This document shows, in pieces, positions 55,428 to 64,000 of a DNA stretch of 64,000 bases. The first letter of the stretch is position 1, and each line of letters starts with the position of its first letter. The notes under the pieces were generated by a model, which was not told the DNA's origin, made no database searches, and saw only the letters and a program-made list of their open reading frames with translations. This DNA is from an uncultured Bacilli bacterium (lineage in GTDB: Bacteria; Bacillota_I; Bacilli_A; RF39; UBA660). The translations under genes and the position numbers were made by a program. The DNA lies in NCBI GenBank assembly GCA_934102255.1, contig CAKOSN010000004.1, positions 29,911 to 93,910 on the forward strand, in the 5' to 3' direction.

Positions 55428-57353
55428 CTATTCTGTTTTTATCATAAATGGTTCATTAATGGTACCAATTCCACCAGATATTTCAACATTTGATTTTAAA
55501 GAAATTACCGGTCTTACTGTATAATTGCCATATCGATAATTTAAATCTAAATAGCCGTCACTATTTAAATGCCAGTGCTTAATACAACCTGCTCCAGCAT
55601 CATAATAAGAAGGAGTTATTGACCAATAGTTATCTAGAGAATAGGCATATGATAATCTATTAATACTATTTGGATTTAAGCCAGCAGCCATTAATTCATC
55701 ATAAGTGGGTAGGCCAATTGAATAGGTAAGTGCTTTATTACCAATACTGGCATTTCTATTGGTGAATAGGTCATTATCCACATTTGGACATTTAAATGAA
55801 ACATTGTAATCATTATTTCTATAAAAAGTGTTTTTTAGTAAACTTTCTCCATCGCCAGAGAAAATTTTTCTACTATTGCAAAAACCAGCGTCATCTATAT
55901 AGTTATTGAAATTTTTATTGAAAATATTATTTTTATACCAATTATCTAAAACTTCTTTTATAGTTGAACTAACCTCATTTTTAATCATATTTTCCCTAGT
56001 ATCAATAATATTACCATACATATATCCCTCGTAAGCAGGATTATATTTATTATCATTAAAATTACTATTTCCAATATTATTATTTTCGTTAATATTTGTA
56101 CCGTTGTAGAGTAATCTTATTGAATTGTTTCCATTAATTCTAATTATTTGCCAGTAAGCGTTAGCAAAGTAAACATTATTATTTTTTACATTACCACGAT
56201 AATAATAGGTTATTCCGTAATCGTCTTCAGCTTTATATAAGCCTTTATCTGATTTATCGCTTTCCGTTTCTTTTTGAATAATTTTTATTGCATTAAGGGT
56301 ATATGTAATACGATATTTATTAGTATTTTCTTCACCTGTTGCTTTTTTTGAGGCACTTGTGATTTTATATAGAGTAGTGCAATCAAAATTATCAAAAGTA
56401 CTTATAAAACCATTGCTATTTATGTTAGTGCCAGCATAACAGTAGTAGTAATCACCATTATAGTCAATTTCAGTCGGATCTAAATATTTGATGTTTTCAA
56501 TGATATAATTACCTGTTTTTTGATTAAAGCTATAATTAGTTCCAAGACCTAATTTATCATCATTGTTCACTAAATTTTGACCACCATAATTACTATTTCC
56601 AATTATACTTGGATGTGGTTTTGAAACAGTAATAGATGTTTTAGCACCTATTGTACTTTGCCATTCAACAATCGGAGCAGTTTCACTAAAATCTGGTGTT
56701 CCTTTAGCTTTTATTTTTTTAATAGCTGCCTCGGGAGTAGTTTGATACTCATTAGCTAAAATGGCATCATGTAAAGTAGTGTATCCTTCATTTACAGGAT
56801 TCCAACTACTAGGTTGGGCTTTAACGACAATTTTAGATTTAAAAATTTTTGTCTCATTATCTAAATCTTCCATGGTTGTATCATAATCTATCCAAATTCT
56901 TAAAGTATAACCCTCAGAATCGCCACTACCCAGAGAACCTTTAGCTAGAGTATGGCTTTCAATACTACCCGTATTTACCGTATCAGTTGTCTCATAATCA
57001 CTTAATCTTTTAATTTCTTCATTATTAATCATTGCATTAATAAATTTACTAGATAAAGTAGTATCTTTTAAACTTTCTAAATTAACAGTATAACTAGCAA
57101 AAATATCACAAGTATTAGTCATTGTAAAACTAAATGGGGTTAATTTCTTACCCTTTTCATTACTAATAGGATAAGTATTTTCTAAAGCAATATTGTTTTT
57201 TTGACTAGTAATTTCAACATTAAAACATTTAGTCGTAGCAACATTAATATTATCTTGACTAACACTGATATTCCATAAAGAATAAGAAAAACCAATTCCT
57301 AAAATAATTAATATTCCTAATGACAAACTAATTAATAAAATATTCTTTTTCAT
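55428..57353 (-). CDS. large signal-anchored surface protein (shared N-module plus a distinct C-terminal region)
   Basis: The N-terminus MKKNILLISLSLGILIILGIGFSYSLWNISVSQDN... is paralogous to the ORF at 63116. The C-terminal GLPTYDELMAAG...YWSITP...VRPVISL resembles DUF1566-type domains. Confidence 0.7.
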   Translation of the reverse strand: MKKNILLISLSLGILIILGIGFSYSLWNISVSQDNINVATTKCFNVEITSQKNNIALENTYPISNEKGKKLTPFSFTMTNTCDIFASYTVNLESLKDTTLSSKFINAMINNEEIKRLSDYETTDTVNTGSIESHTLAKGSLGSGDSEGYTLRIWIDYDTTMEDLDNETKIFKSKIVVKAQPSSWNPVNEGYTTLHDAILANEYQTTPEAAIKKIKAKGTPDFSETAPIVEWQSTIGAKTSITVSKPHPSIIGNSNYGGQNLVNNDDKLGLGTNYSFNQKTGNYIIENIKYLDPTEIDYNGDYYYCYAGTNINSNGFISTFDNFDCTTLYKITSASKKATGEENTNKYRITYTLNAIKIIQKETESDKSDKGLYKAEDDYGITYYYRGNVKNNNVYFANAYWQIIRINGNNSIRLLYNGTNINENNNIGNSNFNDNKYNPAYEGYMYGNIIDTRENMIKNEVSSTIKEVLDNWYKNNIFNKNFNNYIDDAGFCNSRKIFSGDGESLLKNTFYRNNDYNVSFKCPNVDNDLFTNRNASIGNKALTYSIGLPTYDELMAAGLNPNSINRLSYAYSLDNYWSITPSYYDAGAGCIKHWHLNSDGYLDLNYRYGNYTVRPVISLKSNVEISGGIGTINEPFMIKTE

Positions 57354-57395
57354 ATATAAAACTTCCTTTTTTAATGACTATAATGGTAATTTACT

Positions 57396-57435
57396 AAAAC
57401 TTCAGATTCATAGAGTTTAATACTCTATGAAAAAT
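57396..57435. repeat. repeat A, copy 1 (contains an 8-bp hairpin)
   Basis: AAAACTTCAGATTCATAGAGTTTAATACTCTATGAAAAAT; CATAGAGT and ACTCTATG are inverted repeats. Confidence 0.7.
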
Positions 57436-57473
57436 GGGCTTTAAAGTCCGTATTCACCTAGCTTTTATAAAAT

Positions 57474-57523
57474 TTGACTAGAAATTTTGACTAGAAAATA
57501 TTTATCTTTTTGACCACGAATAT
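57474..57523. repeat. repeat B, copy 1 (tandem TTGACTAGAAA boxes ending in ACGAATAT)
   Basis: TTGACTAGAAAT at 57474, TTGACTAGAAAA at 57487, TTGACC at 57510 and ACGAATAT at 57516-57523. Confidence 0.7.
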
Positions 57524-57565
57524 ATTAATTAAACTTAGGAAACACTTAGACTTAAAAGAAAATAA

Positions 57566-57600
57566 TTGACTAGAAATTTGACTACAATAACAACGAATAT
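57566..57600. repeat. repeat B, copy 2
   Basis: TTGACTAGAAAT at 57566, TTGACTACAA at 57578 and ACGAATAT at 57593-57600. Confidence 0.7.
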
Positions 57601-57660
57601 TTACTTTAAAATGCCGTAAAATTATGGTATAGTTTATATATAAATTAAAAATATGACCTT

Positions 57661-57699
57661 AAAACTCGGATTCATAGAGTATTAAATTCTATGAAAAAT
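57661..57699. repeat. repeat A, copy 2
   Basis: AAAACTCGGATTCATAGAGTATTAAATTCTATGAAAAAT, a direct copy of repeat A with a shorter stem. Confidence 0.7.
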
Positions 57700-57877
57700 A
57701 CCTTAATTAACTAAAAAAATAGTCTTTAAATATAACCTAATACTATCCTCATAAAAGAAACTATTTAGGGTGTGGCGGGTGGGAAGTAACCATAGATTAG
57801 AAAATAATTTATAAATAACTCATTATCAATAGAATAATTCTTAAAACTATGTCATAATAATAGGGGAGAATTTATAT

Positions 57878-58795
57878 ATGAGTAATTTAGAAAAAAGAAT
57901 AATAGAATTAATTAAACAAGGAAAAAGTAGTATTGAAATATGTCAGAAATTAAAAATAAGTGGTCTTGACTTACAAAATATATTATTAAACTTAAAAAAT
58001 AAAGGCCTTGAATATAATAAAAGATACCTATTAAATGGCGGTGTTTTATATACTCCTAATAAAGATTTATATGGTAAAAATATAAGCGAAAGAGTTACTT
58101 TACTTACCAAAAATAAAGACGAATTAAATGCTCTTTTAATATCTGATTTACATTTAGGTACTAAAGAAGAAAGACTTGATTTACTTAACTTAGCCTATGA
58201 TTATGCCATTAAAAATGGTATTCATATAATTATTAACGGCGGCGATCTAATAAATGGTCTAACTAGTGAAAGAAAAAATATTTGTAAGACTCATCTTAGT
58301 CAGTGTGAGTATTTTATCGAAAATCATCCCTTTGTTGAAGGCATTTTAAACATTTGTGTTCTAGGTAATCATGATATTAAAAGTCTAAATAAAGAGGGAA
58401 TTAATTTTGCCCGTATCTTAGAAAATTATCGCCCTGATTTTGCTATTGCCGGGATTGAAAATGGCCATATCTTAGTTAAAAATGACTTTATAAATATGTA
58501 CCACCCATTAAGTTGCGATTGCAATAATGTCCCCATGAAAAAAGTGGTTTTAGTGGGACATTCTCATCAATATAAAGTAAAAGTAGTAAACGATAATATT
58601 TTAATTTATATTCCCGCCTTATCTAATTATGTTCCTGCTACTAAGGGAGTTATTCCCTCATTTTTAAATATGAAAATGGGCTTTGATGAAGGCCATATTA
58701 GTTATATTGACTTAGAAAATTTAACCTTTATTGATAATAAATTATCGTTATTAGGTAAACAAGAAATAGAAGTAAAAAGAACTTTAAAAAAATAA
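57878..58795 (+). CDS. fusion of an N-terminal helix-turn-helix domain and a metallophosphoesterase
   Basis: HTH-like IELIKQGKSSIEICQKLKISGLDLQNILLNLKNKG, then LLISDLHLGTKEE, GGDLING, VLGNHD and VGHSHQ. Confidence 0.75.
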   Translation: MSNLEKRIIELIKQGKSSIEICQKLKISGLDLQNILLNLKNKGLEYNKRYLLNGGVLYTPNKDLYGKNISERVTLLTKNKDELNALLISDLHLGTKEERLDLLNLAYDYAIKNGIHIIINGGDLINGLTSERKNICKTHLSQCEYFIENHPFVEGILNICVLGNHDIKSLNKEGINFARILENYRPDFAIAGIENGHILVKNDFINMYHPLSCDCNNVPMKKVVLVGHSHQYKVKVVNDNILIYIPALSNYVPATKGVIPSFLNMKMGFDEGHISYIDLENLTFIDNKLSLLGKQEIEVKRTLKK

Positions 58796-58888
58796 TATAT
58801 CAAAGTTAAAGTAAAAACTTAAATGATTTAGTATTTCTATATTTACTTAATTTATTAATTAACTTATAATAGAAAAACAGGTGATAAC

Positions 58889-61081
58889 ATGGGTAGTATT
58901 AAAGGAAAAATAAGAGTAATTATCTATGAATCAGATAGTAACTATAAAGTAGGTGTTATAAGAGTAAAAGAAACAAGTGATAAAGAAATGGAAGATTTTG
59001 TCGGAAGAACGGTCCATTTTACCGGTTATTTTGCTAATCTTCAAATTGGGGATAATTATGAAATGGAAGGCAATTTAATATATAAAGATAAGTATGGTTA
59101 TCAATATAATGTTACTGACTATAAAAGAGTAGAAGTTAAAGGAAGAGATGCCGTAATTGAATTTTTAACTAGTGATTTAGTTAAGGGGTGTGGGGAGGCA
59201 ACCGCTACTTTAATAGTTGATACTTTAGGAGAAGATTGTCTAAAAAAAATCAAAGAAAATCCCGAAGTTTTACTTACTGTTCCCAAAATGACCGAAAAGA
59301 AAGCCGAAAAAATATATCGCTCGTTAATGAAAGTTGCCAATACTGATGAAATGCTGATTGGCTTAAAAGAATTAGGCTTTTCCATTAGCGAGGCTTTAAA
59401 CATTATTAATAAATTTGGACCCAATGCTCTTAGTATTACGAAATCTAATCCCTACGCTTTAAGAGAAATAATTGATTTTCGAAAATTAGATAATGTTTAT
59501 ATGAATCTTGGTATTCCCGATGATTATTTACGAACGAAAAATTGTCTTTTAGAAACTATAAGAGAGTTAGAAATAAAAAATGGCGATACTTATTTTTTTG
59601 AAGAAGAACTAAGAGATGGACTAAAAAGTTATTTTGGCATTTTAACTGATGATAATTTGCCTAATATTCTTTTAGATTTACAAAATAATAATGATATATA
59701 TATTAAGGATAAAAGAATTTACCTTTATGATACTTATAAAATGGAAGTTGATATCGCCAAAACTTTGATTCATATTAATAATATGCCTATTGTTAATAAA
59801 AATATTAGTATGTTTGATACCGAGGTGGTAAAACTTCAAGAAAAATTAGATGTAACTTATGATACCAACCAATTAGCCGCGATTAAAAAAACTTTAGAAA
59901 GTCGGATTAGTATTATTACTGGCGGGCCCGGTACAGGTAAAACGACTATAATTAAAGCCATAACCAGCCTTTATATGCAAATGTATAAATTAGGACCAAA
60001 TAATGTTGAGGCTCATATTGCTCTTTTAGCGCCTACTGGCCGGGCTGCTAAAAGACTTAGTGAAGCAACCGGACTTGGCGCCTCCACTATTCATAAATAT
60101 TTAAAATGGAATAAAGATACTAATGAATTCCAAGTTAATGAATTAAATAAAAATTATCATCATTTAATTATTATCGATGAAGTAAGTATGATAGATACAA
60201 ACCTTTTTGATGCTCTTTTAAAAGGTTTAACTAATAATATTCAGCTAATTTTAGTTGGCGATAAAGACCAATTACCTTCAGTTGGTTGTGGCCTTGTCTT
60301 AAGTGATTTAATTGCTTCTGATTTATTTAACTTCTGTCCTTTAGAAAAAATATATCGTCAAAGTGAAAATTCTTTTATTCCTTATTTAGCTAAAGAAATA
60401 AAAAATAAAGATATCGGTGAAGAGTTCTTAAGTAAAAAAGATGACTATAACTTCTTACAAGTAAATAGTGATAATATGGTTGAAAGTATTAAAAAAGTTT
60501 GTGAATTATCGATTAATAAAGGCCTTACTGATAGAGATATTCAAATTCTAGCCCCTATGTATAAAGGCATCAACGGTATTGATAATTTAAATAATAATTT
60601 ACGTGATTTATTTAATCCTAAGAGTAAAAAGAAAAAAGAAATTAGGGTAGGCGAAAACACTTTTCGCGTAGGTGATAAAGTCTTACAACTTGTAAATGAC
60701 CCTGATAAAGGTATATATAATGGGGATATCGGTTATATTGATGACATTTTTAGTTATGATAACTCTAAAGCTTTAAATGTTAATATTGATTTTGACGGTA
60801 ACTTAGTAACTTTAACAACCACCGAAATGTTAAATGTAAAACTAGCTTATGCTATATCAATTCATAAAGCCCAAGGTAGTGAGTTTATTAATGTTATCAT
60901 GCCTGTTGTTAAAAACTACTATAAAATGTTATATAACAAGCTCATTTATACTGGGGTATCACGTGCAAAAAAAAGCCTTGTTCTAATCGGTGAAGCCCAG
61001 TCTTTCTTAATGGCCGTTAATAATGATTATAGTATGCATAGAAAGACCTCTCTAAAAGAACAATTACTTGCTTATATTTAA
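58889..61081 (+). CDS. recD2: ATP-dependent RecD2-type (SF1B) DNA helicase
   Basis: N-terminal OB/HhH region, Walker A ITGGPGTGKTT, IIIDEVSM, LVGDKDQLPSVG and the C-terminal AISIHKAQGSEF...YTGVSRAK. Confidence 0.9.
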   Translation: MGSIKGKIRVIIYESDSNYKVGVIRVKETSDKEMEDFVGRTVHFTGYFANLQIGDNYEMEGNLIYKDKYGYQYNVTDYKRVEVKGRDAVIEFLTSDLVKGCGEATATLIVDTLGEDCLKKIKENPEVLLTVPKMTEKKAEKIYRSLMKVANTDEMLIGLKELGFSISEALNIINKFGPNALSITKSNPYALREIIDFRKLDNVYMNLGIPDDYLRTKNCLLETIRELEIKNGDTYFFEEELRDGLKSYFGILTDDNLPNILLDLQNNNDIYIKDKRIYLYDTYKMEVDIAKTLIHINNMPIVNKNISMFDTEVVKLQEKLDVTYDTNQLAAIKKTLESRISIITGGPGTGKTTIIKAITSLYMQMYKLGPNNVEAHIALLAPTGRAAKRLSEATGLGASTIHKYLKWNKDTNEFQVNELNKNYHHLIIIDEVSMIDTNLFDALLKGLTNNIQLILVGDKDQLPSVGCGLVLSDLIASDLFNFCPLEKIYRQSENSFIPYLAKEIKNKDIGEEFLSKKDDYNFLQVNSDNMVESIKKVCELSINKGLTDRDIQILAPMYKGINGIDNLNNNLRDLFNPKSKKKKEIRVGENTFRVGDKVLQLVNDPDKGIYNGDIGYIDDIFSYDNSKALNVNIDFDGNLVTLTTTEMLNVKLAYAISIHKAQGSEFINVIMPVVKNYYKMLYNKLIYTGVSRAKKSLVLIGEAQSFLMAVNNDYSMHRKTSLKEQLLAYI

Positions 61082-61137
61082 AAATAACAGTATAAAAAAA
61101 TAATTTATATTCATACTAATTTTAGAAAGGAATTGGT

Positions 61138-61269
61138 ATGAAAAAAATTTGGAATATATCCTTAGGAGTAGGTATAGCCATTGCCTCAATCATGGCTTAT
61201 GAAAAAATAAGTAAATTAAAATATGAAGCTTTATTTAATGAAATATTAGATGAAGTAGACTTACTTTAA
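61138..61269 (+). CDS. small membrane protein (43 aa)
   Basis: GAAAGGA RBS and one TM helix (ISLGVGIAIASIMA), followed by a hairpin terminator. Not in the ORF track. Confidence 0.4.
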   Translation: MKKIWNISLGVGIAIASIMAYEKISKLKYEALFNEILDEVDLL

Positions 61270-61294
61270 CATACGAAAAGTATGTTCTTTTTTC
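61268..61294 (+). terminator. rho-independent terminator
   Basis: AACATAC-gaaaa-GTATGTT followed by a T-run. Confidence 0.7.
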
Positions 61295-61338
61295 AATAAT
61301 TATGGTATATTTAGAATATATTTAAAGGAGGGATAACA

Positions 61339-62490
61339 GTGGATAAAGATAAAGAAAAGAAAAATGGTAAAATAAATGTTCGTGATGTAAATGAAGTTGT
61401 CGGACTTTCTAAAAAAATATTACATCTTGTTTATATAATGATGATAATTGGTATCATTTTCTTAGCCACTTTAATTATTAAAGAGTGGGGGATATTAAAT
61501 TTAATTGTAACTCTTTTAAAAGTAGCAACTCCATTTTTTATCGGTTTTGTACTTGCTTGGTTATTTAATCCTATCGTTGTTAAGCTAGAAAATCGTGGCT
61601 GGAAACGAGGTCTTGCTTGTGTAACTGTTTATTTAGCTTTTATTATTATTATGTTTGCTTTCTTTGGCATGCTAATTCCAACTCTTTATAATCAGTTAAA
61701 TGATTTAGTAGCAGCCTTACCTAGTATTTTTAATCAAGTTAAATTATGGATTACTAACTTTTTAGATAAATTTAATAGTAGTGAAATGTTTAATGTAGCT
61801 GAGATTGAAAATAATATCTTTAAAACTATGGAAAATTTAGCTGGTGGAATTGCTAATGACTTACCTTCAACGATTGTAAGTATTGCGGGTTCTTTGGTTA
61901 GTGGCTTAGGTACTATTGGTGTATCTTTAGTAGTTGGTATTTACTTATTATTTGATTTTAATGATGTAACTGACCATTTACTTAAATATATTCCTAAGAG
62001 TCATAAAGAAGAAACTAAGACTTTAGTTGATAATATTGCTAATGAGCTAAGAAAATGCGTTAATGGTACTTTACTTGTCGCTTTTATGGTCTTTGTTTGT
62101 GATTCGATTGGTTTTGCCTTTGCCGGTTTAAAATCACCAATCTTATTTGGACTTCTTTGTGGAATTACTGATTTAATTCCTTATATCGGACCTTATATTG
62201 GTGGTGCGGCTGCTGTAATTGTTGGTTTTTCCCAAAATCCAATTATTGGTATTATTACTCTAATTGTTGCAACTGTTGTGCAGTTAGTTGAAAACTATGT
62301 TTTACAACCAGTTGTTATGAGTAAGACCATGCAATTACACCCAGTAACAATTATTATTGGCTTATTAGTTTTTGGTCATTTCTTTGGCATTGTAGGAATG
62401 ATTCTAGCAACGCCAATCTTGAGTTTATTTAAAGTTTTATATCGATTCTTAGCAAATAAGTATGATTGGTTTAATAAAGATGTGTTCTAA
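61339..62490 (+). CDS. AI-2E family transporter (PerM/UPF0118)
   Basis: Eight-TM topology and the conserved C-terminal block DLIPYIGPYIGG...QPVVMSK...HP....IGLLVFG..FGI.GMILA.P. Confidence 0.85.
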   Translation: MDKDKEKKNGKINVRDVNEVVGLSKKILHLVYIMMIIGIIFLATLIIKEWGILNLIVTLLKVATPFFIGFVLAWLFNPIVVKLENRGWKRGLACVTVYLAFIIIMFAFFGMLIPTLYNQLNDLVAALPSIFNQVKLWITNFLDKFNSSEMFNVAEIENNIFKTMENLAGGIANDLPSTIVSIAGSLVSGLGTIGVSLVVGIYLLFDFNDVTDHLLKYIPKSHKEETKTLVDNIANELRKCVNGTLLVAFMVFVCDSIGFAFAGLKSPILFGLLCGITDLIPYIGPYIGGAAAVIVGFSQNPIIGIITLIVATVVQLVENYVLQPVVMSKTMQLHPVTIIIGLLVFGHFFGIVGMILATPILSLFKVLYRFLANKYDWFNKDVF

Positions 62491-62507
62491 AGTGAACACA
62501 TTTTTTT
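62481..62507. terminator. hairpin terminator between convergent genes
   Basis: TGTGTTC-taaagt-GAACACA followed by a T-run. Confidence 0.65.
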
Positions 62508-62549
62508 ATTTAAAATAACTAACTGAGTAATCTCAATTAGTCTAAATAT

Positions 62550-62993
62550 TTAACGATATTTTATGTTACTACGGCCGAGTAAGTAATCAGCTGAAACCTT
62601 ATATTCCTTACATACTTCATAAAGAAAAGCTCCTAAAATAATAACTTTACCATTTTCATAAGCATTCCATGTCGAAGGGGAAGTATTTAAAAGTTTAGTA
62701 AACTCACTTAAAGACATCTTTGTATCATTTCTTATTTCTTTAGCACGTTTAGCAACTAATTCTTTATTGATTTCTTTAGTACTATTAATTTCTTTCTTTA
62801 CAGAAGAAAGTCCTAAAATATAATCTGCATTAATACCATAATAATTAGCTATCTCATAAAGTCTTCTGGTAGGTAATATATCTTTACCTTTTTCCCAACG
62901 TGAATATATTGAGTCACTAACTCCTAACTCCTTAGCTAATGTCTTTTTAGTTAAAAACTTATTTTCTCTTAATTCTTCTAGTTTATTATTCAC
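62550..62993 (-). CDS. XRE-family regulator with two tandem HTH domains
   Basis: Two HTH_3 units: LTKKTLAKELGVSDSIYSRWEKGK and MSLSEFTKLLNTSPSTWNAYENGK, each followed by ADY(I/L)LG. AGGTGA RBS plus GTG start. Confidence 0.8.
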   Translation of the reverse strand: MNNKLEELRENKFLTKKTLAKELGVSDSIYSRWEKGKDILPTRRLYEIANYYGINADYILGLSSVKKEINSTKEINKELVAKRAKEIRNDTKMSLSEFTKLLNTSPSTWNAYENGKVIILGAFLYEVCKEYKVSADYLLGRSNIKYR

Positions 62994-63115
62994 GTCAAAT
63001 CACCTAATATGATTTTCACATTTATATAAGCTATTATAAAAATATCGAACAAAATACGAATAAAATATGCTATAATTAATTTATAAAATAAGAAAGTAGT
63101 TAGGAAGATAAGTAA

Positions 63116-64000
63116 ATGATAAAGAAAAATATAGTAGTAATAAGTATATGTTTAGTATTAATAGTAATACTAGGAATAGGATTTTCTTATTCCTTATGGA
63201 ATATATCAGTTAGTCAAGATACAACCAATATAGCCGAATCTAAATGTTTTGATTTATCTATATCTAATCAAGAAAATAGTATTAATTTAGAAAATGCTTA
63301 TCCAATAAGTAATGATAAAGGAAAAGAATTAACTCCTTTTACTTTTACAGTTACTAATACTTGTGATATTACAGCTCAGTACTCAGTTAATTTAGAGGCA
63401 CTAAAAGATTCTACTTTACCTAGTAAATTTATAGATGTTATGTTTGAAGGTAATATTAATTTACTTAGTAGTTATGACTCTACAGATAAAGTAAATTCAA
63501 ATAGTATAGAAAGTAGAAAACTTGCTACTGGTATTTTAAAATCACAAAAAAGTAAGTATTATTCTTTAAGATTATGGATAGATGATGATACTACCTTAGA
63601 AGATTTAAATAACGAGATTAAAACTTTTAAATCAAAGATAGTAGTAGTTGGTAAGCCAATTAATTATGAAGGCGATACGGTCTTTAACTTTGACTATACA
63701 GGAGCAGAGCAATCTTTTACGGTTCCTGTTTCTGGAATTTATAAGCTAGAAACATGGGGAGCACAAGGCGGAAGTTACAATACAGCTATAGGTGGTTTAG
63801 GTGGATACTCAAAAGGCAATGTATATATCAATAAGAAAGCAAATATCTATATTAATGTAGGTGGTAGTGGAGTCGCAAATTCAACAGTGAGTGCCAATGG
63901 TGGCTACAACGGTGGCGGTTCATCTTCATATCAGCCTACTTTTGAAAATAATAGATATTTTTCTTCTGGTGGCGGTGCCACTCACATTTCAATTAATTCA
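63116..64000 (+). CDS. signal-anchored surface protein (shared N-module plus glycine-rich module), 3'-partial
   Basis: Open from ATG 63116 to the window end, so it is absent from the ORF track. The N-module is about 60% identical by eye to 55428..57353. Next comes FTVPVSGIYKLETWGAQGGS...GGLGGYSKG...GGYNGGG...GGGATHI, as in 29599..31212. Confidence 0.75.
   Translation, partial: MIKKNIVVISICLVLIVILGIGFSYSLWNISVSQDTTNIAESKCFDLSISNQENSINLENAYPISNDKGKELTPFTFTVTNTCDITAQYSVNLEALKDSTLPSKFIDVMFEGNINLLSSYDSTDKVNSNSIESRKLATGILKSQKSKYYSLRLWIDDDTTLEDLNNEIKTFKSKIVVVGKPINYEGDTVFNFDYTGAEQSFTVPVSGIYKLETWGAQGGSYNTAIGGLGGYSKGNVYINKKANIYINVGGSGVANSTVSANGGYNGGGSSSYQPTFENNRYFSSGGGATHISINS

Noticed and set aside
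57474-57600. Possible CRISPR-like array formed by the TTGACTAGAAA repeats
   Set aside because: There are only four or five short (about 12-bp) boxes with irregular spacing of 1-55 bp. There are no spacer-sized unique inserts and no cas genes in the window.
1-64000. Alternative genetic code (TGA read as Trp), as in Mollicutes, suggested by the very low GC
   Set aside because: Conserved Trp positions use TGG. Many well-supported genes end in TGA (for example peptide B and the 79..555 ORF). Sporulation genes also argue against a Mollicute.

Overview
This is a very AT-rich chromosome segment from a spore-forming Firmicute that uses the standard genetic code: TGA acts as a stop and TGG encodes Trp. 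The sporulation evidence is yqfC, yqfD, pro-sigK, sigG and ylmC/ymxH.

Bases 1 to about 12147 are the right-hand part of an integrated mobilizable or conjugative element. It carries an ArdC-like antirestriction protein, a candidate oriT, MobC, a relaxase, a class B sortase, an XRE regulator and a large serine recombinase. The element abuts a displaced 3' fragment of serS, and the recombinase ORF reads across that junction.

The rest is mostly housekeeping: a T-box leader with pheS and pheT, two tRNAs, an rpsU-yqeY-yqfC-yqfD-ybeY-era-yqzL-recO block, glyQS, sepF-divIVA-sigK, deoD, a xer recombinase, ppdK, sigG, lspA-rluD, a rhomboid protease, recD2 and an AI-2E transporter. Accessory islets are interspersed.

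The most interesting accessory locus is 25689-31212. It has a C39-peptidase ABC exporter followed by two short double-glycine-leader peptide genes (29040-29177 and 29202-29369). Both are below the ORF-track size cut-off and look like a two-peptide class IIb bacteriocin. A large glycine-rich, signal-anchored surface protein lies next to them.

That glycine-rich module and a second N-terminal module recur in different combinations in two other large genes (55428-57353 on the minus strand, and 63116 to the window end). Other notable items:
- several tandem paralog sets
- a repeat-dense 524-bp intergenic region
- a frameshifted cinA/pncC
- a shared promoter-embedded motif

I found no CRISPR array and no rRNA.
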